Source of the DNA: an uncultured Chloroflexia bacterium
GTDB lineage: Bacteria; Chloroflexota; Limnocylindria; Limnocylindrales; CSP1-4
Assembly (NCBI GenBank): GCA_963814125.1
Contig: CAWFBR010000003.1
Location: forward strand, 167,864-231,863
Reading direction: 5' to 3'
Length of the DNA: 64,000 bases
The notes beneath the pieces were generated by a model, which saw only the letters and a program-made list of their open reading frames with translations, did not search any database and had not been told where the DNA came from. This document shows positions 1 to 8,888 of the stretch, piece after piece; positions within the stretch are counted from its first letter, which is position 1; each line of letters begins with the position of its first letter. The position numbers and the translations under genes are program-made.

Positions 1-1
1 C

Positions 2-601
2 CCCACTTCAACGGCGCTCACCAACCTCCACCAGGGCGCGAAGGTCGGTCTACGCGGTCCGCTGGGGACCTTCTGGCCGATCGAGGAGGCATACGGCCGC
101 CATGCCGTGGTCGTGGCAGGTGGCGTAGGCCTATCGCCGCTCCACGGCCTGGTGGACGCGCTGGCGGCGAACCACAACCGGTTCGAGTCGGTCTCGCTCT
201 TCTACGGCTCGCGAACGCCGGAGGACCAGCTCTTCCGAGACGATCTCGTCACCTGGGCGGCCAGCAAGGCCATCGACGTCGCGATCACCGTGGACCGAGC
301 CGGCCCCGAATGGAAGGGCCGCGTCGGCGTGGTCACGACTTTGTTCGACATGATCTCGTGGGACTGCACCAAGGTCACGGCCTTCGTCGTTGGGCCCGAA
401 CGAATGATGCAGGCTTCCGTACAGGGCCTGATCTCAAAGGGCGTCCCGGCAGACCGCATATGCGTCTCGATGGAGCGCCACATGGAATGCGGCATCGGCC
501 TGTGCGGCCACTGCCAGATGGCCGGCCGCTTCGTCTGCAAGGACGGCCCGGTGTTCCGGCTCAACGAACTCGGGGACCTGTTCAACCGGGAGGGGATCTG
601 A
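2..601 (+). CDS. Group 3b (sulf)hydrogenase gamma subunit, FAD/NAD(P)-binding with 2Fe-2S (5'-truncated by window)
   Basis: Frame is open from position 2. Motifs GLRGPLG, VAGGVGLSP, VGPERMM and C-terminal MECGIGLCGHC...VCKDGPVF. The stop overlaps the next ATG (TGATG). Confidence 0.85.
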   Translation, partial: PTSTALTNLHQGAKVGLRGPLGTFWPIEEAYGRHAVVVAGGVGLSPLHGLVDALAANHNRFESVSLFYGSRTPEDQLFRDDLVTWAASKAIDVAITVDRAGPEWKGRVGVVTTLFDMISWDCTKVTAFVVGPERMMQASVQGLISKGVPADRICVSMERHMECGIGLCGHCQMAGRFVCKDGPVFRLNELGDLFNREGI

Positions 602-1398
602 TGGCTACCGCCGGCAGAACCGCCCGACCGCGCGTCGCCGTCGCCAAGTTCGCCTCGTGCGACGGCTGCCAGCTGACTCTCCTCGATCTCGAGGACCAGC
701 TGCTCGAGATCGTCTCCCGGTTCGACATCGTCGAGTTCCCGGAGGCAACCTCGCGCCGCTCGCCGGGCCCTTACGACATCGTCTTCATCGAAGGGTCGGT
801 CAGCGCGCCGGAGCATATAGACCAGATCAAGGAACTGCGCAAGCAGGCTCGCATCCTGGTCACGATCGGGGCCTGCGCCACGGCGGGCGGGATACAGGCC
901 CTTCGCAACTGGGCCGACCACGACGCCTACCGGGCCGAGGTCTACGCTCACCCGGAGTGGATCGACTCGCTGGCCAGGGCCACGCCGATCGCGGAGCACG
1001 TCAAAGTGGACGCGGAGTTGCGGGGCTGCCCGATCGACCCCGGCCAGCTGACGGAGCTGCTGACGGCCGTTCTGGTCGGCCGCCGGCCCCAGATACGCGA
1101 CGAGGCCGTATGCCGCGAGTGCAAGCGCAAGGGCATCGTCTGCCTGGTCGTCGCGTCCGGCCAGGCCTGCATGGGCCCGGTTACCACATCCGGTTGCAAC
1201 GCCCTCTGCCCCACCTACGACCGCGGTTGCTACGGCTGCTTTGGGCCGCGCGCCAACGCCAACGCGAAGAGTTGGAGCGCGTGGCAGCTGCAGTCGGGCC
1301 GGCCGCCGGAGGAAGTTCGTCGCCTCTTCGCCGGCTTCACCGGCTACGCGGAGCCGTTCCGTTCTGTGATCACGGAACTCGGCAAGACCAGGGGCTGA
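601..1398 (+). CDS. Group 3b hydrogenase small (delta) subunit
   Basis: ATG at 601. Motifs KFASCDGCQ, IEGSV, GACATAGG, GCP, and distal clusters VCRECK, CMGPVT..GC.A.CP, CYGCFGP. Confidence 0.88.
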   Translation: MATAGRTARPRVAVAKFASCDGCQLTLLDLEDQLLEIVSRFDIVEFPEATSRRSPGPYDIVFIEGSVSAPEHIDQIKELRKQARILVTIGACATAGGIQALRNWADHDAYRAEVYAHPEWIDSLARATPIAEHVKVDAELRGCPIDPGQLTELLTAVLVGRRPQIRDEAVCRECKRKGIVCLVVASGQACMGPVTTSGCNALCPTYDRGCYGCFGPRANANAKSWSAWQLQSGRPPEEVRRLFAGFTGYAEPFRSVITELGKTRG

Positions 1399-1494
1399 TC
1401 GCTTCGACGGGATCGTGGCGGCCGGGCATGGTGGGGGCCCGACCGCGGTCACCCGCTCGGGCGAACGTGGACCGCGTCGACGGTCCGGCGGTCC

Positions 1495-2925
1495 CTACTT
1501 CTGGTCCAGCAATCGACCGTCCGGCCCGAGCAGCTGGAGAACCACCGGGACCGACCCCATCGCGTGGGTGGAGCAGCTGAAGCACGGGTCGTAGGCGCGC
1601 ACCAGGGCCGAGACGCGGTTTAGCGCCCCCTCCTGGATCTTGTCGCCGCTCACGAACCGCTTGGCCACCTGCAGCACGCCGCGGCCGATGGCCAGGTTGT
1701 TGTGGCCGGTGGCGACGATCAGGTTGGCCCATGTCACCGCGCCGTTGTCGTCGACCTTGTAGTGATGAATGAGCGTGCCGCGCGGCGCCTCGATGACACC
1801 GATGCCCGCCAGGTTGTTGACGCCCGCATGGGCTCGAACCTTGGTTGCGAGAATGGCCGGATCGTCCAGCAGTTGCTGCATTCGCTCGAGGGCGTACACG
1901 ACCTCGATGAGCCTGGCGTAGTGGTAGTGGAACCCGCTCTGGACGACGCGGCGCGCGGCGCCGACGCCGAGACGCTGGCGATATTCCTCGAGCTGGGCGT
2001 CGGCTTCAGGAGAGCCGAAGCGGTCGGCGACGTTCAGCCGGGCCAGCGGGCCGACGCGGTAGATGCCGTCCGGATAGCCGGCGGGCCTGTAGTACGGCGC
2101 CTTCAGGTAGGAATCGGGCAGCGTCGCCTCGCCGATGTAGCTGGCGTAGTCGGCGGGATCGACCTGATCGGCGACGATTCTGCCGTCGGAGCCGACGAAG
2201 CGAAGCTTGCCGTCGTATAGCCGCAGCGATCCGTCCGGGCCAACCAGGCCGCAGTACATCGTGGGGAAGTTGGAGAAGGATTCGATCTCGTTCGGGAAGC
2301 CGTCGAGAGTGTCCTTCCAGAGGGCGAGCGTGCGCCTTACGATCGCCATCGCCCCCGGCAACTCGGCCAGCATCTTCTCTCGAGCCTGCGGGTCCAGCGG
2401 GGCGTTTACGCCGCCGGGCACGCTCCAGGAGGAGTGGATCCGCTCCTTGCCTAGTCGTTCGATCGACTGCTGCCCGAACTTGCGCAGGGCGATGCCGTCG
2501 CGCAGAGCGTCCGGGTGCTCCTCGAGCAACCCGGCCACGTTGCGCTTGGCCGGATCGAAGTCCATGCCCAGCAGCAGGTCGGGCGCCGAGAGGTAGAAGA
2601 ACGACAGCGCGTGCAATTCCACGATCTGTGCGCAGTGGATCAGCTCGCGCAGCTTCGCCGCCGTCTCAGGGATGCGGACCGCCATGACCGCGTCGCATGC
2701 CTTCGACGCGGCAAGCAAGTGGCTGACCGGGCAGATGCCGCAAATGCGCGACGTGATCGAGGGCATCTCGTAATACGGCCGGCCCTCCACGAACTTCTCG
2801 AAGCCACGGACCTGGGTCACGTGAAACTGGGCGTCGGTCACATGGCCCGCTTCGTCGAGCTTGATCGTGATCTTCGCGTGGCCCTCGATACGCGACACGT
2901 GGTCGAACGTGATCCTGGTGGTCAT
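1495..2925 (-). CDS. hoxH: Bidirectional NiFe hydrogenase large subunit HoxH
   Basis: SRIEGH, L1 motif [16 protein letters not shown]2 motif DPCFSCSTH plus a C-terminal extension. GGGAGA RBS before ATG 2925; an alternative ATG lies at 3036. Confidence 0.92.
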   Translation of the reverse strand: MTTRITFDHVSRIEGHAKITIKLDEAGHVTDAQFHVTQVRGFEKFVEGRPYYEMPSITSRICGICPVSHLLAASKACDAVMAVRIPETAAKLRELIHCAQIVELHALSFFYLSAPDLLLGMDFDPAKRNVAGLLEEHPDALRDGIALRKFGQQSIERLGKERIHSSWSVPGGVNAPLDPQAREKMLAELPGAMAIVRRTLALWKDTLDGFPNEIESFSNFPTMYCGLVGPDGSLRLYDGKLRFVGSDGRIVADQVDPADYASYIGEATLPDSYLKAPYYRPAGYPDGIYRVGPLARLNVADRFGSPEADAQLEEYRQRLGVGAARRVVQSGFHYHYARLIEVVYALERMQQLLDDPAILATKVRAHAGVNNLAGIGVIEAPRGTLIHHYKVDDNGAVTWANLIVATGHNNLAIGRGVLQVAKRFVSGDKIQEGALNRVSALVRAYDPCFSCSTHAMGSVPVVLQLLGPDGRLLDQK

Positions 2926-3044
2926 TGGTCTCCCGGCCTTAGCCGGCTCCGCCGCGGCCGCTGTGGCCACGGGCTCGGGAGCCGGCGCGCTCGGCAGGCG
3001 TCCGCCGTGTTCGGACGATGTCTTTCTGGTCGCCATGTCTCGCC

Positions 3045-3575
3045 CTACCCGAACCGCAACTTGGAGCCGAGATCTGGCTCGCGGCCTTCGAGCAGCTCGT
3101 TGAGCACAAACAGGATCGCGTCCGGCTTCGGTGGGCAACCCGGGACGTGGACGTCGACCTTGATCGCCGCCCCGAGCGGTTCGGCCTGCTTGAGCAGGGC
3201 TGGCACGCCGTCGGTCGGCACACCGGGGTGCTCGGTGGCGCCCTCAACGTAGACGCGCTCGAGCAACTTGCGCGTCGGAATGCCGTTGCGCATCGACGGC
3301 ACGTTGCCCGTAACCGCACAGTCGCCCAGCGCAACCACCACCTTGCTTCGGGCGCGGGCCGTCCTGGCGAGCTTGAGGTCGTCGTGGCTGCTGACCGCGC
3401 CTTCGATCACCGCCACGTCAACGCCCTCCGGCCACTCCTGTGCGTCGACCAGCGGCCCGAACACGATGTCGGCCCTGTTGAGCACGGCGATGATTCCCTC
3501 GTCCATGTCGAGGAGCGACATGTGGCAGCCTGAGCAGCCGTCAAGCCAGCAGGTTCCGATCTTGGGCTTGTCCAT
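3045..3575 (-). CDS. hoxY: Bidirectional hydrogenase small subunit HoxY
   Basis: WLDGCSGCHMS, EGAV, GDCAVTGNV, PGCPP. 176 aa; TGATG coupling to hoxU. Confidence 0.92.
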   Translation of the reverse strand: MDKPKIGTCWLDGCSGCHMSLLDMDEGIIAVLNRADIVFGPLVDAQEWPEGVDVAVIEGAVSSHDDLKLARTARARSKVVVALGDCAVTGNVPSMRNGIPTRKLLERVYVEGATEHPGVPTDGVPALLKQAEPLGAAIKVDVHVPGCPPKPDAILFVLNELLEGREPDLGSKLRFG

Positions 3576-4282
3576 CACCCGTCCTTGCGCATGGAGGTCA
3601 GGCGGCTCACGAGGGCCGGCTGCTTGGTCATTTCCTCGACTCCCCAGCCCTTCTCGGAGAGGGCGCCCGTCGGGCAGGCCTGCACGCACTTGCCGCAGCT
3701 GGTGCAGCTCGTGGCTTCGCCCCAGGGACGCTGCAGTTCGGAGACGAGCCTCGACTGAATGCCGCGACCGGCGATGTCCCACACGTGCGCGCCTTCGATC
3801 TCGGCGCACGTGCGAACGCAGCGCGAGCACAGGATGCAGCGGTTGTGATCCAGCACGAAGCGCGGATGCGTGGTGTCGACCGAGAGCCGGGGGAAGTTGT
3901 AGGGATAGCGAACGTGCGTTACGCCGTGCTCCTGCGCCAGGGCCTGCAGCTCGCAGTGACCCGAGGAAACGCACACGGCACACACGTGATTGCGCTCGGC
4001 GAACAGCAGCTCGAGGGCCATCTTCCTGTACGACCGCAGCTGCGGCGAGCTGGTGGTCACCGCCAGGCCTTCCTGGACGGGAGTCGTGCAGGCGGGGAGC
4101 AGTCGCGCCACGCCCGAAACCTCGACCATGCACAGCCGGCAAGCGCCGACGGTGCTAAGGCCCTCCATGTAGCAGAGGGCAGGGATGTACTTGCTGTTGG
4201 CGCGTGCGACCTCGAGGATCGTCTGGCCCGCGCTGGCCCCGATCACCTCGCCGTCGATGCGGACCTTTACCTTCTCGGTCAA
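3575..4282 (-). CDS. hoxU: Diaphorase Fe-S subunit HoxU
   Basis: IPALC, GACRLC, HVCAVC...C, CILCSRC, CTSCGKCVQACP. Confidence 0.92.
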   Translation of the reverse strand: MTEKVKVRIDGEVIGASAGQTILEVARANSKYIPALCYMEGLSTVGACRLCMVEVSGVARLLPACTTPVQEGLAVTTSSPQLRSYRKMALELLFAERNHVCAVCVSSGHCELQALAQEHGVTHVRYPYNFPRLSVDTTHPRFVLDHNRCILCSRCVRTCAEIEGAHVWDIAGRGIQSRLVSELQRPWGEATSCTSCGKCVQACPTGALSEKGWGVEEMTKQPALVSRLTSMRKDG

Positions 4283-4293
4283 GGCGATACTCC

Positions 4294-7200
4294 CTATCTC
4301 TCGGCGCTGCGGATGTCGCAGCGCAGGCAGCGGGATGTCTCCTGAAGGGCCGCGACCGGTGTGAGGCCGAGCGAGACCTCAGCGTAGGACTGGACGCGGA
4401 GAGCGGCGGGCATCTCGGCCGGGAAGTGCCGGCCCTGGTCGCTTGGCGTCTCGGGCGGCACCATCTCGTACGCGAACTCGGGTACGAGGTCGGCGACGCG
4501 CTCGAGGCCCATCAACCGCTTGTCGATGTTGCGAGCGGCTTTCTTGCCGATGCCCATGGCGTCGGACACGTTGGAGGCGCCGGTGATGAGGTCGCCGCCG
4601 GCGTAGAAGCGGTCGCGGCTGGTCTCGAGCGTGTACCGATCGACCTCGATCGTGCCGTCTTCCTTGACCTTGAGCCCGGATGCTTTGCAGAAGTCGGGAT
4701 CGACCTTCTCCCCGACGGCGAGGACGACCGTGTCGCATTCGATCCGGACGACCTCGTCGGTCGGGATCGGCTTGCGGCGGCCCGATGTGTCGAACTCGCC
4801 GGGCTTCGTCCTGACGGCCTCGAGGGCTTTGACGCGGCCGGTCTTGTCACCCAGGATCCGGTGCGGCGCGGCCAGGTACATGATCCGGGCACCCTCGTGC
4901 TCGGCCGCCTCGATCTCCTCGGGGATGGCGGGCATGTCCTTGCGCTCGCGGCGGTAGACGACGGTCACGTCGGCGCCGAGGCGGCGAGCGGTTCGGGCCG
5001 AGTCGATCGCGGCATTGCCGCCGCCGATGACGACGACGCTCTTGCCTACCGGGACCTCTTCGCCGCGCGAGACGGCCTCGAGGTACGGGAGGGCGGGCAT
5101 CACGCCGGCCAGCTCGGTGCCGGGCAGGTAGACCCAGCCTTCCTTCCACGTTCCGATCGCCAGGAAGACGGCTTCGTATTTGTGGCCCAGGTCGTTGAGG
5201 GTGACGTCTTCGCCGACGTTGACGTTGAACTGGAACTGGACGCCGAGGCGCTCGATCAGCTCGATCTCGCGATCGAGGACCTTCTTGGGCAGGCGGTACT
5301 CTGGCAGCGCGTAGCGGAGCATTCCACCGGCTTTGGGCCGCGAGTCGTAGACGGTCACCGAGTGGCCGAGCAGGGCCATGTAGTACGCGCAGGCAAGGCC
5401 CGTGGGACCGGCGCCGACGACCGCGACATCGCGCCCGGTCGGCTCCTGCTTGCGGGCGATCACCCTCTGGACCATTGGCTCGAACTTGTCGGAGAGCAGG
5501 ATTTCGTCCGCGATCAGCCGGTGGACGTCTCGGGTGTTGACCGGCTCGTCGATGCCGGCCCGGCGGCAGCGGTCGTCGCACGGGTGCTGGCAGACCCGGC
5601 CCGTTGAGGCGGGCAGAGGGTTGTCGATTATCACGGACAGGAAGGCCTCCTCGAGGCGGCCCTCCTTGTAGAGCTGCAGGAAGCGCGGGATGTTCATGTG
5701 CAGCGGGCAGGAGTTTTCGCACGGCGAAAGGGCCAGATCCTCGCAGACCCCGGCGCGGCAGCGCCTGGCGTGGATGTGGTCTTCGAACTCGTGCCGGAAG
5801 TGGCGCAGGCTGGTGAGAACGGGATTCGGCGCGCTCATACCCAGCTGGCAGAGCGACGTGTCCCGGACCATGCGGCACAGTCCGTCGAGCGCCTCGATGT
5901 CGTGGTCTGTCGCCTCGCCGAGGGTGAACCCGTTGAGGATGCGCAGCGCCTGGTCCAGGCCGACCCGGCACGGGACGCATTTGCCGCAACTCTCCGAGTG
6001 CGTGAACTCGATGAAATAGCGGGCGACGTCGACCATGCAGTTGTCTTCGTCCATGACGACCATGCCACCCGAGCCCATGATCGAGCCGAGCTGTGCCAGC
6101 GTCTCGTAGTCGACAGGCGTGTCGAACATCTCCACCGGAATGCAGCCTCCCGACGGCCCGCCCGTCTGGACGGCTTTGATCTCGCGGCCGTTGGAGGCGC
6201 CCCCACCGATGTCGTATATGTACTTCGCCAGCGGCGTGCCCAGTGGCATCTCGACAAGGCCCGTGCTTTGCACCTTGCCGACGAGCGAGATCACCTTGGT
6301 GCCCGCGCTCTTGGCGCTGCCCGTCTCGGTGAACCAGGCCGGCCCCTTGCTGACGATCGGGGCGATGTTGTACCAGGTCTCGACGTTGTTGATGTTGGTC
6401 GGCTTGCCGTACAGGCCCTTCTGAGCCGGAAACGGCGGGCGCGACCGGGGCCGGCCTGCCTGACCCTCGAGGGAAGCGATCAGCGCCGTCTCCTCACCGC
6501 ACACGAAAGCTCCGGCGCCCTCGACGGTCTCGATGTCGAAATCGAAGCCGCGCCCGAGCACGTTGTCGCCGAGGAGGCCGTAGGCGCGGGCCTGCTCGAT
6601 CGCGTGCTCCACTCGGAGAACCGCCAGCGGGTACTCGGCGCGGACGTAGATGATGCCCTTGGGGGCGCCGGTGACGTAGCCCGCGATCAGCATGCCCTCG
6701 AGGAGCGAGTGCGGGTCGGACTCGATCTCGTTGCGGTTCATATACGCGCCGGGATCGCCCTCGTCGGCGTTGCAGATGATGTACTTCTCCGGCCCCGGCG
6801 CCTTCTGCAGGAACTCCCACTTGGTCCCGGTCAGGAATCCCGCGCCGCCACGGCCGCGCAGCTTGGAGGCCTTGATCTGCTCGATGACGGCGATGGGGTT
6901 CTGATCGATCAGGACCTTGTAAAGGGCCTGGTACCCGCCGATCGCGATGTATTCCTCGATGTCGTCGGGGCTGATCAGCCCGCAGTTGCGAAGGACGAGC
7001 TTGACCTGGCCGTTGAAGAACGGGATCTCGTTCCAGTTCGGCACGTCCGGGTAGCCGGTGCCGTACGTCACATGGCCGGTCAGGTGGTCCCACTCCTCGA
7101 TCTTGCACAGCACGATCTCGGCCGGCGGCATGTAGCCCTGGGTCGGGTCGAAGCCGCCGCTGCCGAGCCCGTTGAGGATCTCGTCGACGTGGTTGGGGTG

Positions 7201-7470
7201 CACACGATGAAGCATCAGCAGCGGACGCCCGGGGACCCAGACGTTCACGAGCGGCTCCTCGGCGCAGAACCCGAAGCAGCCCACCGGGGACAGCCGCACG
7301 TCGAGGCCGCGGGCGTCGATCGCGGACGCGAATGCGTTGTAGACGGCCTCGGCGCCGTTGCCGGACCCGCACGTGCCCATGCCGACGGCTATGCGAGGCT
7401 TGCCGGGAAGCAGCTTCGCGAGTCCGGCCTCGCGGACGGTCGAGAACGCCGCGAAGTCCTGGATGATCAT
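4294..7470 (-). CDS. hoxF: HoxF/NuoF-like FMN-NADH subunit fused to a GltD/NfnL-like FAD-NADPH oxidoreductase (1058 aa)
   Basis: NuoF part: RGRGGAGF, CNADEGDPG, GAFVCGEET, GGPSGG, ESCGKCVPCR. GltD-like part: PCENSCP, GRVCQHPCDDRC, GAGPTG, GGGNAAID, YRR, GGD, RCLRC. ATG 7470 overlaps the hoxE stop. Confidence 0.88.
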   Translation of the reverse strand: MIIQDFAAFSTVREAGLAKLLPGKPRIAVGMGTCGSGNGAEAVYNAFASAIDARGLDVRLSPVGCFGFCAEEPLVNVWVPGRPLLMLHRVHPNHVDEILNGLGSGGFDPTQGYMPPAEIVLCKIEEWDHLTGHVTYGTGYPDVPNWNEIPFFNGQVKLVLRNCGLISPDDIEEYIAIGGYQALYKVLIDQNPIAVIEQIKASKLRGRGGAGFLTGTKWEFLQKAPGPEKYIICNADEGDPGAYMNRNEIESDPHSLLEGMLIAGYVTGAPKGIIYVRAEYPLAVLRVEHAIEQARAYGLLGDNVLGRGFDFDIETVEGAGAFVCGEETALIASLEGQAGRPRSRPPFPAQKGLYGKPTNINNVETWYNIAPIVSKGPAWFTETGSAKSAGTKVISLVGKVQSTGLVEMPLGTPLAKYIYDIGGGASNGREIKAVQTGGPSGGCIPVEMFDTPVDYETLAQLGSIMGSGGMVVMDEDNCMVDVARYFIEFTHSESCGKCVPCRVGLDQALRILNGFTLGEATDHDIEALDGLCRMVRDTSLCQLGMSAPNPVLTSLRHFRHEFEDHIHARRCRAGVCEDLALSPCENSCPLHMNIPRFLQLYKEGRLEEAFLSVIIDNPLPASTGRVCQHPCDDRCRRAGIDEPVNTRDVHRLIADEILLSDKFEPMVQRVIARKQEPTGRDVAVVGAGPTGLACAYYMALLGHSVTVYDSRPKAGGMLRYALPEYRLPKKVLDREIELIERLGVQFQFNVNVGEDVTLNDLGHKYEAVFLAIGTWKEGWVYLPGTELAGVMPALPYLEAVSRGEEVPVGKSVVVIGGGNAAIDSARTARRLGADVTVVYRRERKDMPAIPEEIEAAEHEGARIMYLAAPHRILGDKTGRVKALEAVRTKPGEFDTSGRRKPIPTDEVVRIECDTVVLAVGEKVDPDFCKASGLKVKEDGTIEVDRYTLETSRDRFYAGGDLITGASNVSDAMGIGKKAARNIDKRLMGLERVADLVPEFAYEMVPPETPSDQGRHFPAEMPAALRVQSYAEVSLGLTPVAALQETSRCLRCDIRSAER

Positions 7471-7994
7471 CAGGCGCCGACCTTCCGCACGGACTCGACT
7501 TCGCGGATCAGCGCCTGCTCCTTGACGTGTCCGCGGATCGCATGGTCGACCTCGACGACCGGCGCGAGTGCGCACTGACCGAAGCAGGCGACCGTGCGGA
7601 TCGTGAAACGCCCGTCGGGCGTGGTCAGCGTCAGCTGATCGGCGCCGGCTTCCTGCAGGCCGAGCTGAAGCTTCACACGCTCGAGCAGGCCCCGCGAGCC
7701 GCGGGTGTGGCAGGCAGTGCCACGGCAGATGGCCACGGTGTGCGTACCCTGCGGGTCCAGGTTGAACAGCGCGTAGAAGGTCGCCACGGAGTAGACCTGC
7801 GACTGCGCCACGCCGGTCCGCGCGGCAACGTATTCGAGCGTCTCCATCGGGAGGTACTTGTGCGGGTTGTGGTCCTGCAGCTTCTCGAGGATGCCGAGTA
7901 GCGCGCCGGGATGCCCGGCCTGGTCGCCGATGATCCGATCGATCAAGTCCTGGTCTTCTGAATGCGGAAGTGCAGTGGCCAATCGGATGGTCAT
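7470..7994 (-). CDS. hoxE: HoxE/NuoE-like 2Fe-2S subunit
   Basis: VATFY, CRGTACH, CFGQCALAP. GGAGAGG RBS before ATG 7994. Confidence 0.9.
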   Translation of the reverse strand: MTIRLATALPHSEDQDLIDRIIGDQAGHPGALLGILEKLQDHNPHKYLPMETLEYVAARTGVAQSQVYSVATFYALFNLDPQGTHTVAICRGTACHTRGSRGLLERVKLQLGLQEAGADQLTLTTPDGRFTIRTVACFGQCALAPVVEVDHAIRGHVKEQALIREVESVRKVGA

Positions 7995-8146
7995 CGACCT
8001 CTCCATACGGAGGCCGCACTCTGCGGGTCGTCGCAAAGACTCGGCCCGTGCTGCGGCAGGCGGCGGTCGCCAGCGTATGGGTGCACATTCGGGCGCAACA
8101 GGGCCATCCGGACCGGGCGCCGGGGTGGATAGGGGGGCCTTCCGGC

Positions 8147-8160
8147 GGGTCTATGGCCCC
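8147..8160. promoter_or_regulatory. Possible DosR/DevR-like box upstream of the hox operon
   Basis: GGGTCTATGGCCCC matches 11/14 positions of the mycobacterial DosR core GGGACTWWAGTCCC and lies about 150 bp upstream of hoxE. Confidence 0.3.
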
Positions 8161-8395
8161 CCGCAACCGCCGATATGGTCCGAAGGGCTACCGGAGCACT
8201 CCGTGAGCGCTGCGGTAGCGACCCCAATACGACCTCCGAGTAGCGTCGGCTCTCCGCCGAGACTTGCGCCTCAGGACAGCCGCGGACAAATCCACGGTTT
8301 CCAGGCCTCGGGCGCACCACTCGTCACACCCGCGAGGGTCGGCATCCAGCCAGGGCCTCGCGGCGTCGCCAAAAGGAGCCTTAGCAACGCCGAAG

Positions 8396-8653
8396 ATGGT
8401 CATCACTCATTCAGTTGTCGATCTGGATCGATGGCTCAGAGGCAGGGCCGAACGCGCCGCCGTCATCGGGTCGTTCGCCTCGAACGTGACGGACCTCGTG
8501 GCGGCCGACGGGAGCAAGAACATCGCCATTGCCGCCGACATTCACGACCTGGCGGGCCTGCAGGCCATGATGGCGTCACCCACGCCCGAAGACGTCGCGT
8601 TGATGGAGAAGCACGGCGTCATCCCACCGGTGATTGCCTACCTGGAGGACTAG
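8396..8653 (+). CDS. Small hypothetical protein (~85 aa, alpha/beta barrel-like)
   Basis: Protein-like composition, GC-rich third codon positions, AAGGAG at 8373-8378. Confidence 0.7.
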   Translation: MVITHSVVDLDRWLRGRAERAAVIGSFASNVTDLVAADGSKNIAIAADIHDLAGLQAMMASPTPEDVALMEKHGVIPPVIAYLED

Positions 8654-8888
8654 CTCGGTCGCCGGGTTCGTCCCGAGGCTGAGGATCGCGAGGCGGCAGT
8701 ATCGGACTCTCAGTTCAGGGAGGGTGCTTCGTCGCGGGCAACGCAACCTCCGTCGCTGACAGCGCACCCCAGGCTGGATTCGGGCCCAGAGGCTTCGTCG
8801 GACCGGTGAGTTTGCCGGGTCAGTCTCGCCCGGCGTTCGATGGAAATCTCGGCGCCCGTGCATGGCCTCGGCGTGGCACGATTAGGCA

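Noticed and set aside
1495-3575. NiFeSe (selenocysteine) hydrogenase
   Set aside because: The L2 motif has ordinary Cys codons (DPCFSC) and there is no in-frame TGA.
8660-8790. TPP riboswitch-like GGGGTGC...CTGAGA on the minus strand
   Set aside because: The downstream ACCTGAT/TAAT...GCGNAGG core is missing and no thiamine gene follows.
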